Positions 41,223-54,277 are shown, counted from the stretch's first letter. The stretch is 64,000 nt of DNA from Eledone cirrhosa (GCA_964016885.1 OZ024746.1:12586001-12650000), one strand, 5' to 3'. Numbers and translations: made by a program. The notes: generated by a model not told the origin, from the letters alone.

Positions 41223-42432
41223 CTATAGTGCACAATAACAGTGGACTCTTACTAAACATCAGATAGTTTTGTTACTAAATACCAGATACTAAATACTGCT
41301 ACTAAAGTACTGTGCAATGAGCACTAAAGCTTTTGTTTGTTCTTTTTCTTCCTGTTCGTCTTCACAGTATGGCGCAGTGAGGTGAGATTTGGTAAGATGT
41401 TTGCGAATATTTTGTAAAGTTCATAAATAATATTGACAATATTTATAATACACATATGCCAGAAAGAAAGCTTTTATATAATGATTTCATTTAATCAATG
41501 TAGCAGTCATATAATCTCTCTTTGAATGACATGCTTTTCATGACATGGCTATGACTAAAATACCGGTTATATGATAGGTTTTATAGACTATGTGCATGCT
41601 ATAGATGTGTTCAGGGAGAGCTGCAGAGAGGATACAGAACAACAAAAAACAATAATATAATTAAAAGTAGTGAGGCAACTTTTTTGTAGTCTTTATACCT
41701 TGTTCAATATAGAACCTAAACCTCCCTCAACAAACTTCCTATCAACTTAATGAAGACCACATATCTAACATTGAAACCTTAGACTAACATGTTTTATAGC
41801 ATTTTACAGACTCAACACAAACAAATCTTGTAAACACACACAATGGACATCATATATATTTTTATATGTTCAGGTTACAGGGCTTATGTGTTGTTTTAGG
41901 TTATTCAGTTGGCTGAGCCATGCTACAAATCTACTCCAACAAAACTACTGGCATAAGCTACATAACAACAACAACAACAAAAATAACAGCAACAACAACT
42001 GAAGGAAGTAAAGGTGTTTACTAAAACAGATGACAGATATGAAGATACAAGTGAACAAGAAACATTTTACAAAACTTAGATCAATAAAAGGGATTCCCAA
42101 TGCTGATCATGTGGTATGGTGAGAGGCAGAAATAGTCTAAACCAAGCCAACATGGAAAGCAGATGCGTGATGATGATGATGATGATGATGTAACAGTACT
42201 TAGTTTGATTCTGTGTTTAAATTTAACCGAACCACATGAAATCACCCATGGTTCTATGATACAAAACTATTTATTTTAAAGAAATATCTCTCTAAAAACA
42301 TTCCATCTTAGTTTTATGTAAGAAAGTTTGTTAAGTTATGTTCCAAACACTGGCCAAATAATGAGCAAGTTAGTTATATTACTAAATATTATTAAAGAGG
42401 GTCCTTTGCTGAAAATGTTTGTTTGACATTAC

Positions 42433-42580
42433 TTGAGTTCAAATCCCGCCAAGGTTAACTTTGCCTTTCATCGTTAGGAGTTAAAATAAAATACCAGTAA
42501 CGCACTGGGATCGATTTAATCGACTTTCCCCTCCCTTCAAATTTGTACCTAAAGTAGAAACCATTATTATTATTATTATT
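42433..42580 (+). mobile_element. 5'-truncated family A SINE
   Basis: B-box, body and (ATT)n tail. Confidence 0.8.
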
Positions 42581-42581
42581 A

Positions 42582-43560
42582 TGAGTTTGACATCTCAGTC
42601 ATTGTTGTTATTTAACTGGAAGATTTGCCCGAATAAACATCAAACCACTACCTGCAGCCTCAGATATTCAGGGCATATCAGAGGGTCCTTGCTGTTCCCA
42701 GTAGGCATGCTTTTTGAAGTGTTCCAAAAAAGGGGGCTGGACTAATGTTCTTTAATCAGCCTTGGAAGCTCTTCAAGATAGTACCTAGTGCTCCTATGAA
42801 GGGGACGACCTTGATCTCATGACAGTCCCAATCCTTTTCAGTTCCGACTTCAGATCCTGGTACCGGTTAATTTTTTCCCTCTCATTTTCCTGTACTCTTG
42901 TGTCAAAGGGACAAGCTACATCTACAATCAAACAAGATTTGTTTTCCTTGTCAAAAACCACCAAGTCAGGCCTATTGTGTTCTAATTCTTTTTCTGTTTT
43001 TACCTTGAAATCCCACAACAAATTGTTTTCTGTCACCAACTCTGGCTTATGCTCAAACCATTTCTCAGAATGAGGTAAATCATTCAGTTTGCATATATGT
43101 CTCCATCCTTTATAATGAGTCTGTGCTAAGAGTTTACACTCGGATTCAATGTGAGCCACAGTTTCTTCTCTCTCTCACCACAGATCCTACAGAGCAAGCT
43201 AGCTTTCTCCTTGTCAATATGATGTTTCCTCCACTTTGTTCTAAGTGCTTGCTCCTGTGCAGTCAGTAGCATTACCTCTCTAGCTTTCTTTAACCAGCCC
43301 CATTTCTGTGGATATCTGAATTCTATTTTCTTCAAGATGCTATGAAGAGCTTTTTCATTCAGGTTGTTCTTCCTCTTCTTCTTTCTTGGACATACCTGGT
43401 CTATTTTCTCCTGCTTCAATACAGCCTTATGCATTAACTTGTTACTCTCAGATTCATATTTACAGTCCTCCATTCTAATAAAACCTCTCCCACCTTCAGC
43501 TCTCTTTAAGTATAGTCTATCAACATCACCTTTCTCATGAAAGATGCTGTAGGTAGTCAT
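42582..43560 (-). mobile_element. R4/Dong-like LINE 3' portion (same family as 25570-26500)
   Basis: DRLYLKRAEGGRG, AQEQALRT, CRICGE (zinc knuckle), LLWDF, HNRPDLVVFDK..IVDVACPFD (PD-(D/E)xK endonuclease). Confidence 0.85.
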
Positions 43561-43595
43561 TAATTTATTATTATTATCATCATTATTATTATTTT

Positions 43596-43801
43596 GCACG
43601 TTATCAATGCATTACCGAGCACAGCTCTATGTGTCTTGGGTATGTGCAGTGTGCTTTTTAGTGGTGTTGTTTCTATAGTAATGAGAGTACTCGTCGTAAT
43701 ATGTGTGTGGTGCTATTTTTGTATGCTGAATATATTTGTAAGTGCTGGAGTTTTGGTTATGTATGTGCCTGTGTGTTCTTTTATCATTCCCAGAGCAACT
43801 A

Positions 43802-43802
<1 letters not shown>
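43596..43802 (-). mobile_element. Probable 3' fragment of another R4/Dong-like LINE between (ATT)n tracts
   Basis: Minus-strand translation IVALGMIK...NIFSIQKIA resembles the RLE C-terminus of R4/Dong elements. Confidence 0.55.
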
Positions 43803-43832
<30 letters not shown>

Positions 43833-43835
43833 AAG

Positions 43836-44030
43836 GCAGTGGATTGGCAGTATCGGTATAGGATCGGACGCCATGGTTTGCAGCAAAGAGTTACGACCCT
43901 TTATGGTCTGAGTTCAAATCCTGCTGAGGTTAACTTTGCCTTTCATCCTTACGGGGTCGATAAAATAAAGTACCAGTAATGTACAGGTGCCAAAAGTAGA
44001 AACAATTATTATTATTATTATTATTATTAT
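43836..44030 (+). mobile_element. Family A SINE between (ATT)n tracts
   Basis: Matches the family consensus. Confidence 0.85.
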
Positions 44031-44876
44031 GTAAAATTTCTTACTTTTAAGACACCAATATGGAAGAAAAGAAATGAACAAAGACTTTTTTTGTGGGGGT
44101 TAATTTCAAAATTATTTGAAAATTATAAGCAGTGACTTTAATCAGAAATATGGTAATAAAAGGGTTTATTCTGTCATTCAACTTTGTATTTCACACTGTA
44201 TTTCAACTTTGTATTTAACACTAGACCTGCAAATATTTGGCCTTGTTCTAATGTAAGAAACTGTTATCAATGTGTTGTTTAAAATGACCATAAGTTAGAT
44301 ATCTCTGTCACAAAAGGATGTCAGCCAGCCATGATTAGCTTTAAATAAATACCTAACATTTATTTATGATAACAAGTTGATAACAAAACAACCTAAATTT
44401 GGCATTTATTATTGAGTGCTACAACCTTATTAGATAATATAGACACAATTGCCATAATATAAGCAGGATTGTCACTGATATTAAAACAACTTTGAGACAC
44501 AGCTAGACTAAACTACAAGCCATTCATTTAACAAATGTGGATAATTTCAACAGAGGACCATATGATCTCAGATTTACCATGTGTGGCTAATTTCAATGAT
44601 CTTAGATAACATATCATGGAGGCTCTCAATTGTTTAGATAGTCAGGACTACATTATGATAACTGGGTTTTCTCTTCAGAGTAAAAAAAAATACTTCAATC
44701 TCAAACAGCTGTCAACTCTATAAAATGCTAGTGTATATCCTACCCTCTAGTGTTGGATATCCACCTTGAAAACAAACATTTCAGATGGAAACCATGACAG
44801 AAAATATTCCACCTGGTAGAAAGCTTACAGACAGCAGTTTTCCATGAGCACTTCCACACCCAAACATCACCCTAAA

Positions 44877-45299
44877 CCCTTTACATTACTCTATATTTAC
44901 TATTATATTTTCATGGTAAAGGCTTTATCTCACATAATTATCTCATATAATATCAAACCTATGAGATTTTGATATTATTTATGTTGAGAAGGGCGGTGGA
45001 TTGGCAGTATCGGTAGAGGGTCAGACGCCATGCTTTGACGCATAGAGTTACGGTCCTTGCCATTCTGAGTTCAAATCCCGCTGAGGTTAACTTTGCCTTT
45101 CATCCTTACGGGGTTGATAAAATAAAGTACCAGTAATGCACTGGGTAATTGCTGGCCTTGTGCCTAAAGTAGAAACAATTATTTATGTTGAGAACAATAT
45201 CCTTAACATCAATATGAGTGACCTGTTACAGCTGGTTTGAACACAAAGAATTGAAAGAATCCTGGCTGGATACGGCCTGCCGGTTTAAATGCTAAAGGG
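44877..45299. mobile_element. piggyBac-like MITE interrupted by a family A SINE (44991-45180; TSD TTATTTATGTTGAGAA)
   Basis: Ends CCCTTTA ... TAAAGGG|TTAA; internal sequence aligns to the SINE-free copy at 45634-45840. Confidence 0.7.
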
Positions 45300-45633
45300 T
45301 TAAGCTGTGTTCCTTCGGCCTTTTCTATTATTACTACTTCTATTACTATTAGGCTTTTTAAATTACTGACCCTTCAGTTAACTCCAAATAAAAACTCATT
45401 CAAAACTTTAACCCCTCTCTGCTTACCTATTCTTTACCATGTCCTAGCAAACCTCCATCCCCTAATCCACACGAGACCTTGTACTAAACAGTTTGGCTCA
45501 TCTATCATTTCTAGAAGTTACATTATGCTTGGATCCCTCAATATTTCAAACTGAACTATAACCACATTAACCCATTTGATACCAACTAGCCTGAACTGGC
45601 TCCTGTTCTATGATATAAAGCTATTCATTTTAA

Positions 45634-45840
45634 CCCTTTACCATTTACATTACTCTATATTTACTATTATATTTTCACAGTAAAGGCTTTATCTTACATA
45701 ATTATCTCACATAATATCGAATCTATGAGATTATTATATTATTTATTTTAACATCATAATGCATGGCCAGTTATGGCTGGTTTGAACAGAAAGAGGTGAG
45801 ATAATTCTGGCTGGATATGGCCGGTTTAAATGCTAAAGAG
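45634..45840. mobile_element. piggyBac-like MITE, second copy
   Basis: TTAA|CCCTTTACCATTTA ... TAAATGCTAAAGAG|TTAA: TTAA duplication and imperfect TIRs. Confidence 0.7.
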
Positions 45841-46454
45841 TTAAAGTGTTCTATGATATAAAGCTATTCATTTTAAAGTGTTCATAATTATATTAAAACC
45901 TTTTATCATACTTTTTATGTGAAGCTTTTGTTAAGTAATGATCCATACATCAGCTTACTAATGAAAAAGTTAATCATTTTACTAAATTCCTCAAAATTCC
46001 TGATTATTTTCAAAAGCATCTGAAACACACTTGCAATGTATTTCAATAGAAATATGGTAATGAAAGTGTTAACCATATCCATTTTTTCCTCTATCATCCA
46101 TTCTATCTACAGTGGCCAAAACAACAATACAGCAAAGTTCTGCTTCTTTGATAATAAAATTTAAAGAAATATATAATAAGAAGAAACATCCAGAATAATT
46201 CAGGGCCTTTATTGCTCAACTACTATCTCATCATTGTGTCTTTTTAGTGCAGTTCCCTCTATTGGAAACATCCAGAAAAGACCGTCACTAAATATTTTTA
46301 ATGAGGGCATTTATCTGCAGTTTTTCATTAATCCCCATCAATTTGACCAGTCTTGTAGGGCCTACAAAGGTCATTAGCACTCACATTACTCTTCTGACTA
46401 ACTTATACAGAACAACCATCTTGCACTAACAAAATAAAAATCCTTTTGGGAGAT

Positions 46455-46837
46455 AACAACAACAACCCTGAGTACCTTTTTGATCTCCATGTGTCTAACA
46501 CACGTGGACATACCTACAAAGTCAGAAAACAGCACAGCTCCCATGACTTTCGGAAACATTCTTTCACACTTAGAGTTGCTGAAGCATGGAACAAACTGCC
46601 TGCGTCAGTTGATAGCTGTCGAGACACTGCATCCTTTAAAACCCTCATGCTTCCCGAAATTCGTCAAAACTACACCCTTTCCATACACATGCACACATGT
46701 GTATATCATAACTCGTGCACTGTTCATTTTCCTGACGTTTGTACATTACCCTATGTACTATACATACACTTTTGATGAGTTGTAGTGCACCTGAGCACTG
46801 TACACAATATTTTCATTATTTTCATTATTATTATTAT
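46455..46837 (+). mobile_element. CR1-clade LINE 3' fragment
   Basis: TRGHTYKVRK..FRKHSFTLRVAEAWNKLP..SFK is the CR1 ORF2 C-terminal signature; short repeat tail. Confidence 0.8.
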
Positions 46838-48800
46838 AAATATTAATTAGATTTTGTATAGTTATTTACTTAGCAGGTAAATAATGTAATGATGTATTAT
46901 ATGTAGAAAAACTGTTTCATTGTAAAATAATCACTCCAGATATTTTAGCACCTTATTTACATAGAATTTTAAATTGGTGAAAATTATCAAAAATATTGAC
47001 CACGAATATAAAGCCCCCCCCCCCCCCCCCCCCCCAACCACCACCACCACCACCACACCACACACACACCACCCCTACCACTCCCCACCCCACACACACA
47101 AAAACAAAATTACCATCAATTTTTTTTTTGTCACATATTTCTCGGCTTATTATCCAAGTATATACAGTAATTTGTATGGAATTAGAGTTTCAGTCTAAAA
47201 CCTCATCATCTTCAATTTTGCTATGGTCATCTTGCTTTAAGTGCAAGGGTCAATACCACCCCAGGATTTAGGACTTAAATCTAGCAGTGTTTCTTTTATA
47301 GATTGCAGGGAGTTTATATATTTCTACACATTTGTATGTATCTTATCTTGCCCTGAAATAATTATTCTAATATAATTTTTTTAAAATAGGGAGCTTGTTG
47401 ATGGAATATTGGCTACCATACTGAATCAAGTGAGTGACTTCATAGAGATCAAACTAACAAAGGAGCCTATATGCAAGGGCATTCATCATATTTTTACAAT
47501 TCCAGACCACCAAAACATTGCCCGTTTCCATGACTGTTTCTCTGAAATGTCTATGTTATCATCATAAGTCTCATTAGGTTCCTCTATGTCTTCAAAAGAT
47601 GTCACTGGCTTGGTTTTAGTTTCGATATAGAAAACCAGGAACAGAAAAGGATTTCATCATATTTATTTATAGAAAATGATACTAGAGATTGAGTCTGATA
47701 CTCTTAGTTTTTGGTTCCCATTCACTTATAGGATATGGATACACCCAGTTAAGTTACACTGCGCTGTGCAGTCACTCAGCTGGGTAAAAATAGCAGCCAA
47801 ATTGCACTACTCTCTTAAATGAAGGACATATTGGATAATGGGGTTGTAGTTGCACACTGTCTGAAAAAAAATGGAATAATCCCAGTTGAAGACCTTTTAT
47901 ATATTTGTCCAAACAATGACATTGAAGATGTTTACAAGCATGTATATATCAGAAATATGCTAATGAAAGAGTTAATGCTGTTTTGTCAAGGAGGGAATGG
48001 CAGTACCCATGACACTTTTACAGTGCCTCTAAGACTGGTAGGTGTGGGGGAGGAACCTATCCTCTAACCAGAGACCTAATCCAAATGCTTCCAACAGACT
48101 CTGCTAAAGGCACCCAAAAGCAAAGTGGTGATGTTAAATCAGGCAATGGATCAAGTCTACCACCCAAGTCACAGACAGATTTGGACTTAAAATGCAAAGA
48201 GCCAAAACAAGGTACCTCATCTAATGCTGTGAGAATTAAACCAATCCATTCCTTTGGATCAGTGCTTTAATTTATCAACTCCAAATGGATAAAAGATGAA
48301 TTTGATCTCAAAAATATTTGAACTGAAAAAGCTGGAACATATACTGCAAGACAGTTTGACCTATGGTCAAATGACACTTGAGTTTTATATCTCAGAACAT
48401 ATAGTAAACACTTAAACACCGGCTCAAGCTAAACTACTCTTAGTTTTTATCTTAGAAATTCCCTTCTCACCTAAAGATCCCCTTCAATCACTCACCATCA
48501 ACCCAACCATTAACCAACAATTCAAAGTGAACCCACTTCCTCTAGTTTAGGAGTGAAACCTTCTCATTCTTTTGAAGTAGAAAAAACTAATAAAAAGATG
48601 CTGTTTATATTATAAAATGAAATTCAGTTATGAAACAACTTTCTGATGGTAAACAAAATAAGCCACAAAAAAGCCACCTGTTGCTCTACAGATTTCCAGA
48701 AATATCCAACCTATATTACTTTGGAAAATACTAGGATTTCTAAAGGGTTTTTTTTTAAAAATAAATAAATAAAGGTGTTAAGGCAGAGATTTCACTTCAC

Positions 48801-49266
48801 CCTTTCACAGCTGATAGAGGTCAGGTATCCCTCTTTCATAGCTGACAGGGGTCATGTCTTGTAACAGATCTCCCTCTTTCACAGCTGATAGGGGTCATGT
48901 CTTGGAACAGATCTCCCTCTTTCACAGCTGATAGGGGTCATGTCTTGTAACAGATCTCCCTCTTTCACAGCTGATAGGGGTCATGTCTTGTAACAGATCT
49001 CCCTCTTTCACAGCTGATAGGGGTCATGTCTTGTAACAGATCTCCCTCTTTCACAGCTGATAGGGGTCAGGTCTTGTAACAGATCTCCCTCTTTCACAGC
49101 TGATAGGGGTCAGGTCTTGTAACAGATCTCCCTCTTTTACAGCTGATAGGGTCAGGTCTTGTAACAGATCTCCCTCTTTCACAGCTGATAGGGGTCAGGT
49201 CTTTTAAAAGATCTCCCTCTTTCACAGCTGATAGGGGTCAGGTCTTTTAAAAGATATCCCTCTTTC
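48801..49266. repeat. 43-bp minisatellite, about 11 units, in an RREB1 intron (CAGCTGATAGGGGTCAKGTCTTGTAACAGATCTCCCTCTTTCA)
   Basis: CAGCTG recurs every 43 bp. Confidence 0.93.
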
Positions 49267-49304
49267 TTTCATACAACAGTTTATAAATGAAATGATAATA
49301 ATAA

Positions 49305-49897
49305 TTTATTCTGCTTTTGGCACAAGGCCAGCAATTATCCCAGTGCATTACTGGTACTTTATTTTATCAACCCCATAAGGATGAAAGGCAAAGTTAACCT
49401 AGGCAGGATTTGAACTCAGAATGGTAAGGGCCGTAACTCTATGCTGCAAAGCATGGTGTCCAACCCTCTACCGATGCTGCCAATAATAATAGTTTCTGAT
49501 TTAGGCACAAAGCCAACAATTTGGGGTAGGGGGGGAAGTCCCTTAAATCGACCCCAGTTATGACTGGTACTTTATTTTATCAATCTCAGAAGGATGAAAG
49601 GTAAAGTTGACCTTGGTGAGATTTGAACTGAGAACATGAAGTGCCAAAACAAATACTGCTAAGATCTGATGTTCTAACTCTGCCAATCCACAGTACTTAA
49701 TCATAATAATAATGTTTTCGGATTTAGGCAAAAGGCCAACAATTTTTTTGGTGAGGAGGAGAAAATCGATTAAATCTACCCCAGTGCATTACTGGTACTT
49801 TATTTTATTGACCACATAAGAATGAAAGACAAAGCTAACCTCGGCAGGATTTGAACTCAGAATGTAAAGGGACATAATTATGCCAATCTGCTGCCCT
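49305..49897 (-). mobile_element. Three tandem family A SINEs
   Basis: Three successive reverse-complement bodies separated by (AAT)n. Confidence 0.8.
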
Positions 49898-49967
49898 AAT
49901 AAAATAATACTAATAATGATAATTTTTCCCCCTCCAAAAATTAAATTCTTGTCTTAAGAATAATTAC

Positions 49968-50523
49968 CAGTATGAGATCGCATGTGACGCCGCAAGTCCT
50001 GTAAAGACCAAAACCTCTGGGCACAAAATGAGCAATAGACCTTTCTGCTTGAATAATCAGTTTTTCGGCTATCGTCAATGTCGGCAGACATTTTGCATCT
50101 TTGAGAAACAATATGGTCTGTTTTGTTGCAAAAATGCTCAATGTTATCAATGTTATTTTTCGTGACAAGAATTCGCCATTGTGTGTTGTGCTTTTGTTCT
50201 ATGTGGGCCAAACACTCAGCCCTTTCATCAAAGGAAATGTCACAGAGATAGCATTTAAATGGTAAATCCACTGCATGATCTTTTAAATGTTTCAATAGCA
50301 AGTGATGAGAGGAGAAAACTTTATTACATTTTATGCAGATATCTGCACTTTCATCTATTTCAGTGATTGACATATCAGCTGTTATTGACCAATAATTATT
50401 GTTTGGCAGCATTTCATCACCATTTTCATCTTTGACCAGCTTTACAACATCTGGGCCTTCTTTTTGGTCAATTTCATGCTTGATGCTGCTAACATTTATA
50501 TCAAACTCTTTCATTCCATTATT
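49968..50523 (-). CDS. RREB1: RREB1 exon with three C2H2 fingers (CIKC..HLKDH; CYLC..HIEQKH; CSFCAQRFWSLQDLRRHMRSH)
   Basis: FWSLQDLxRHMRSHTG is diagnostic of RREB1; tttcag| and G|gtaatt sites, phase 0-1. Confidence 0.95.
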
Positions 50524-50589
50524 CTGAAATAAAAGAAAAATGAAAATGAGAGAATATTTAAATAAAATACCCCAGAATATTTCTGAAAT

Positions 50590-50705
50590 AATTGTTTATA
50601 CTTTAGGCACAAGACCAGCAATTACCCAGCGCATTACTGGTACTTTATTTTATCGACCCCGTAAGGATGAAAGACAAAGTTAACCTCAGTGGGATTTGAA
50701 CTCAG
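50590..50705 (-). mobile_element. 5'-truncated family A SINE
   Basis: Reverse complement of the consensus 3' half. Confidence 0.75.
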
Positions 50706-51697
50706 TGGCCACTAGGGCTCAATACATTGAGGACAATACAAGGACAGAAACAACAGAGAATTAAATTTACATCAAGTAAAGGAAAAGGGACACCTCCAAA
50801 GGTAAAAACAGAAGATATATAGTAATTGTAATAAATATTGATAACAATAGAAAACAATATCAAATGTTGAGTGGAACAGTTCTCCAATAGGAAGAAAGAC
50901 TACAATTTAGGGTAATTCCACACAAAACTTTGGGGAAGTCTACCTTGTGAGAAAAATAGAACCCATTATCAACATCTTAATCACCACCATCACAATCTAA
51001 AGACAAGTGAGATGGCCAAGTGAATATGCCTATAGAAATTACAAAAAAGTCACAAATGTTTATTCGCTCCACTCACATTACTCCAATATAGCCAGCCTAA
51101 AAGATCATCATTTTACATCTATTTTATATGCTGGCTTGGGTTCAAAGGAGTGTTATCTCTCGCAGTAGTTTTTATTTGATGTTACTGTCTTCATAGATGG
51201 ACTGGAAGACCACATATACATTCTATTTTGTATGGTTTCTATAGATGAATGCTCTTTCTAAGACAACCCACTTTACAGAGCGTACTGGGGACAACACTAG
51301 AGAGATTGTCATATCCTTCCCATCACTGAAGAGTCCTTTCTATTCTATGTTGTTTCTGTTTGATTGACACACAGTACTAAGTGTATTTTATTATGATTCC
51401 ATCACTGGGGAGGTTGCCTTCTGGCCTGCAAGACTAAAGTCAGCTCTACTTTACAGTTTCCATTCTTTCAGAACAAACATGGTAAACATTGGGACGGGGA
51501 GGGGAGGGGAGGAGGTTGATGATTAAGATGGAGAGAAGAGAGAATATTGATATGTCATGTGGCAGAGAGATAAGATGGTAAGGGGAGTAATGGAAGAGAG
51601 TGATAGCTACATGTTGGTTGTTGGTAGGATAACAGCAAGAGCAACACGAGTAGATAGTAATGAATGATGTAATAGTTGGTGTAAATGTAGCCTTTAC

Positions 51698-51969
51698 CTT
51701 TGATGTTGAATGAAGGACCTCATTGTAACTGTTCACTCTACTTTCATCAACATCTTCATCATCATCATCATCATCATCACCATTATTATCATTATTAATG
51801 TTTTTATTATTATTATTATTACTATTATCATTATCAATATTATTATTATCATTCAGTAGGTCAGTTGAAGGGGAACTCAGGTTTAACAGTTTCTCATCAG
51901 GATCATATCCGACATTCTCTGGAATTGAGATGCCAGGATGGCGTTCGCGATAGTGACGACGGAGATTTT
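51698..51969 (-). CDS. RREB1: RREB1 exon (ENLRRHYRERH..., Asn/Asp-rich low-complexity tract)
   Basis: Completes the finger begun in the previous exon; cacag| and |gtaaag sites, phase 1-0. Confidence 0.88.
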
Positions 51970-53092
51970 CTGTGAAGAAAAAAAACAACAGATTTCATTA
52001 CAGTTGTTAAACAAAACTTTAAAACTGCAGAAAATAGATAAATTTATTAATTGCATATTTTGTATTAAATATAAATTAGTCCCACCCTTGCAAGCAGGGA
52101 AAAAGCGGATGTAAAATGAAATAATGATGATGATGATATAGAGTTGATTAAATCATGGAGACTTTGGATGTCCTAGGCCCTAGGCCCACCTCCCTCGGCA
52201 CAGAGTTGGCTACCAGCAGGTGTGAGCCTCGTGAGCTGGAATGGCTCTTCTAGCACATCTCCCTCACCATCCTCCTGGGAAACGCCTTCTCTATTCTGTC
52301 TGCCGGGACAACAGGGCGGCTAGCATGAGGGCCCCTATTTGCTCATAATAGTGAGAGATGGGGAGTGCAGGCGAGATGGAAGCACTGACAGTGGGAGTTT
52401 GGTTCTTTTGTGTTCGGACTTGGTGTATATGTTTCAGGGACAGACATTCTTTTAGCATATTACCCAGTAGAAATGTTTTCATGACTCCCAGTCATGTCAG
52501 AATTTGTAGAATTGTCTTTGTTTTTATAGATTTTACAATTTGTTAAAATGATTGATGTCTTATTTTTATAGGTACAAACATGTCAGTATTTATTATTTTC
52601 ATTATCCTGAATAGTTTTAAAGCTTTTCTTTAGCATATCTTCATGTATTGGTGTTATTTTAAGATTGTGGAAGAATTTGGAATTAATTGATTCTAACCCT
52701 TCGTGTTGTAAAACATTGCGTTAATAATGTTCTTCATAATGACCATAAAACCTTTCATTGGGTGTGATTTGAGGGAGATTAGCCTACTATGTAAAGGCTC
52801 TCTCGTTAGCATGTATGCCCTGTTGATACAGACATACATACTCTCTTTGAATGGTACTATTGCCTTAATATGCCAAACATCACCAAATATAAACAAGAGA
52901 AAATAACAGCACACATAAGTACTCAGTGGTTAACGTATGGCAGTGCTCCATCATGGCCTCAACCAGTTGGTTGGAAGGTAAAAGAGTATAACAGAACATA
53001 TTTCAGTTGTCTCTGTATTTTTTTTTTTTATTGAGTTGCAATAAACTGAATTGAATTGAAACAATGAAAACATGAAAAAACTGCCAACAAAC

Positions 53093-53266
53093 CTTTTGTG
53101 GCAAATGAACTAAAGACACAAAGATGACATTTATGTGGACGGTCCATTGACTGACGAGCAGCAGGGTCGAGCATGTTAACGCCATGTTTTCTGATTAAAT
53201 GGCGTTCTCGGTTAGATTTAGTAGAGAATATGACATGGCATTTTGGACATTCAAATGGCTTTTCTC
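53093..53266 (-). CDS. RREB1: RREB1 exon (GEKPFECPKCHVIFSTKSNRERHLIRKH...CHLCVFSSFATK)
   Basis: FSTKSNxERHLxRKHG signature; ttgcag| and G|gtttgt sites, phase 1-1. Confidence 0.93.
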
Positions 53267-53384
53267 CTGCAAAGAAATAATATTTCATTGTTTTTTTTCT
53301 TTAGATGAAACCCACAAATTTGTATGGGGTGGGAAAACTAGAGTCCACTGAATCAGCCCTTTACATAAATGGGAGACATTTTAT

Positions 53385-53556
53385 TATAATTGTTTCTACT
53401 TTTGGCACATGGCCAGCAATTATCCCAGTACATTACTGGTACTTTATTTTATCGACCCCGTAAGGATGAAAGGCAAAATGAACCTCGGCGGGATTTGAAC
53501 TCAGACCGTAAAGGGCCGTAACTCTATGCTGCAAAGCATGGCGTCCGACCTTCTAC
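53385..53556 (-). mobile_element. Family A SINE with TSD ACATTTTATTATAAT
   Basis: Near-consensus copy with a direct repeat on both flanks. Confidence 0.85.
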
Positions 53557-54277
53557 ACATTTTATTATAATGACACACACATGTAGGAATAAAAGAAAAC
53601 ATTAATCCCAGCAACACTTAAATGTAAAAATCTGAAACTAAATACTTTATTTTATAATATTGCAGCACTGGCAAAGAAACAGTAATATATAATAAAATAG
53701 TAATATATGATTAGTAAATCAATAGTATAGTAAATATTAGTATGGTAAATAATAGTATAGTAGATATTAGTATAGTAAATATTGGTATAGTAAATGATTA
53801 AATAGTAATATAGGATTAAATGTTTACAAGGAAACATAACTGATTGACTTCAGTATATTCCTGGTATATATCTTTCTGAAACCAAGAAGGATGACATTAA
53901 AATGTGACCCTTATAAAAAGTAACAAAATAACCAGAGTCAAGGAGTTGCAATAGTAAATAATAATATATTGTCCCTCATCCCATCATACCTTGACTTGTT
54001 TGTCTTTACTAAACCTCATAAAACCCACTGCTTAGCTTAGCTCTGATGGCTGAACCAGAAGAGAATAGTATTGGTCTTCTTCTCTGCCCACATATTCCTG
54101 AGAGTTGTGGGGGCAGAGTCCTCAAATACTTCTTCTTTCAGCGGCTCCTGTCAGAAGCAACCATCTCCAACTGATCCGGCTGGATCCCACCCAAGCGTGA
54201 CCAACCAAGCTCATGGATGTTATCCAACCATCTGGAGTGGATATTGGAATATTGGAAGGAATTAAAATTTTACTAAC

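Noticed and set aside
47819-48270. Short plus-strand ORFs (82 and 61 aa)
   Set aside because: No recognisable motif, intronic and antisense to RREB1, partly overlapping decayed repeats.
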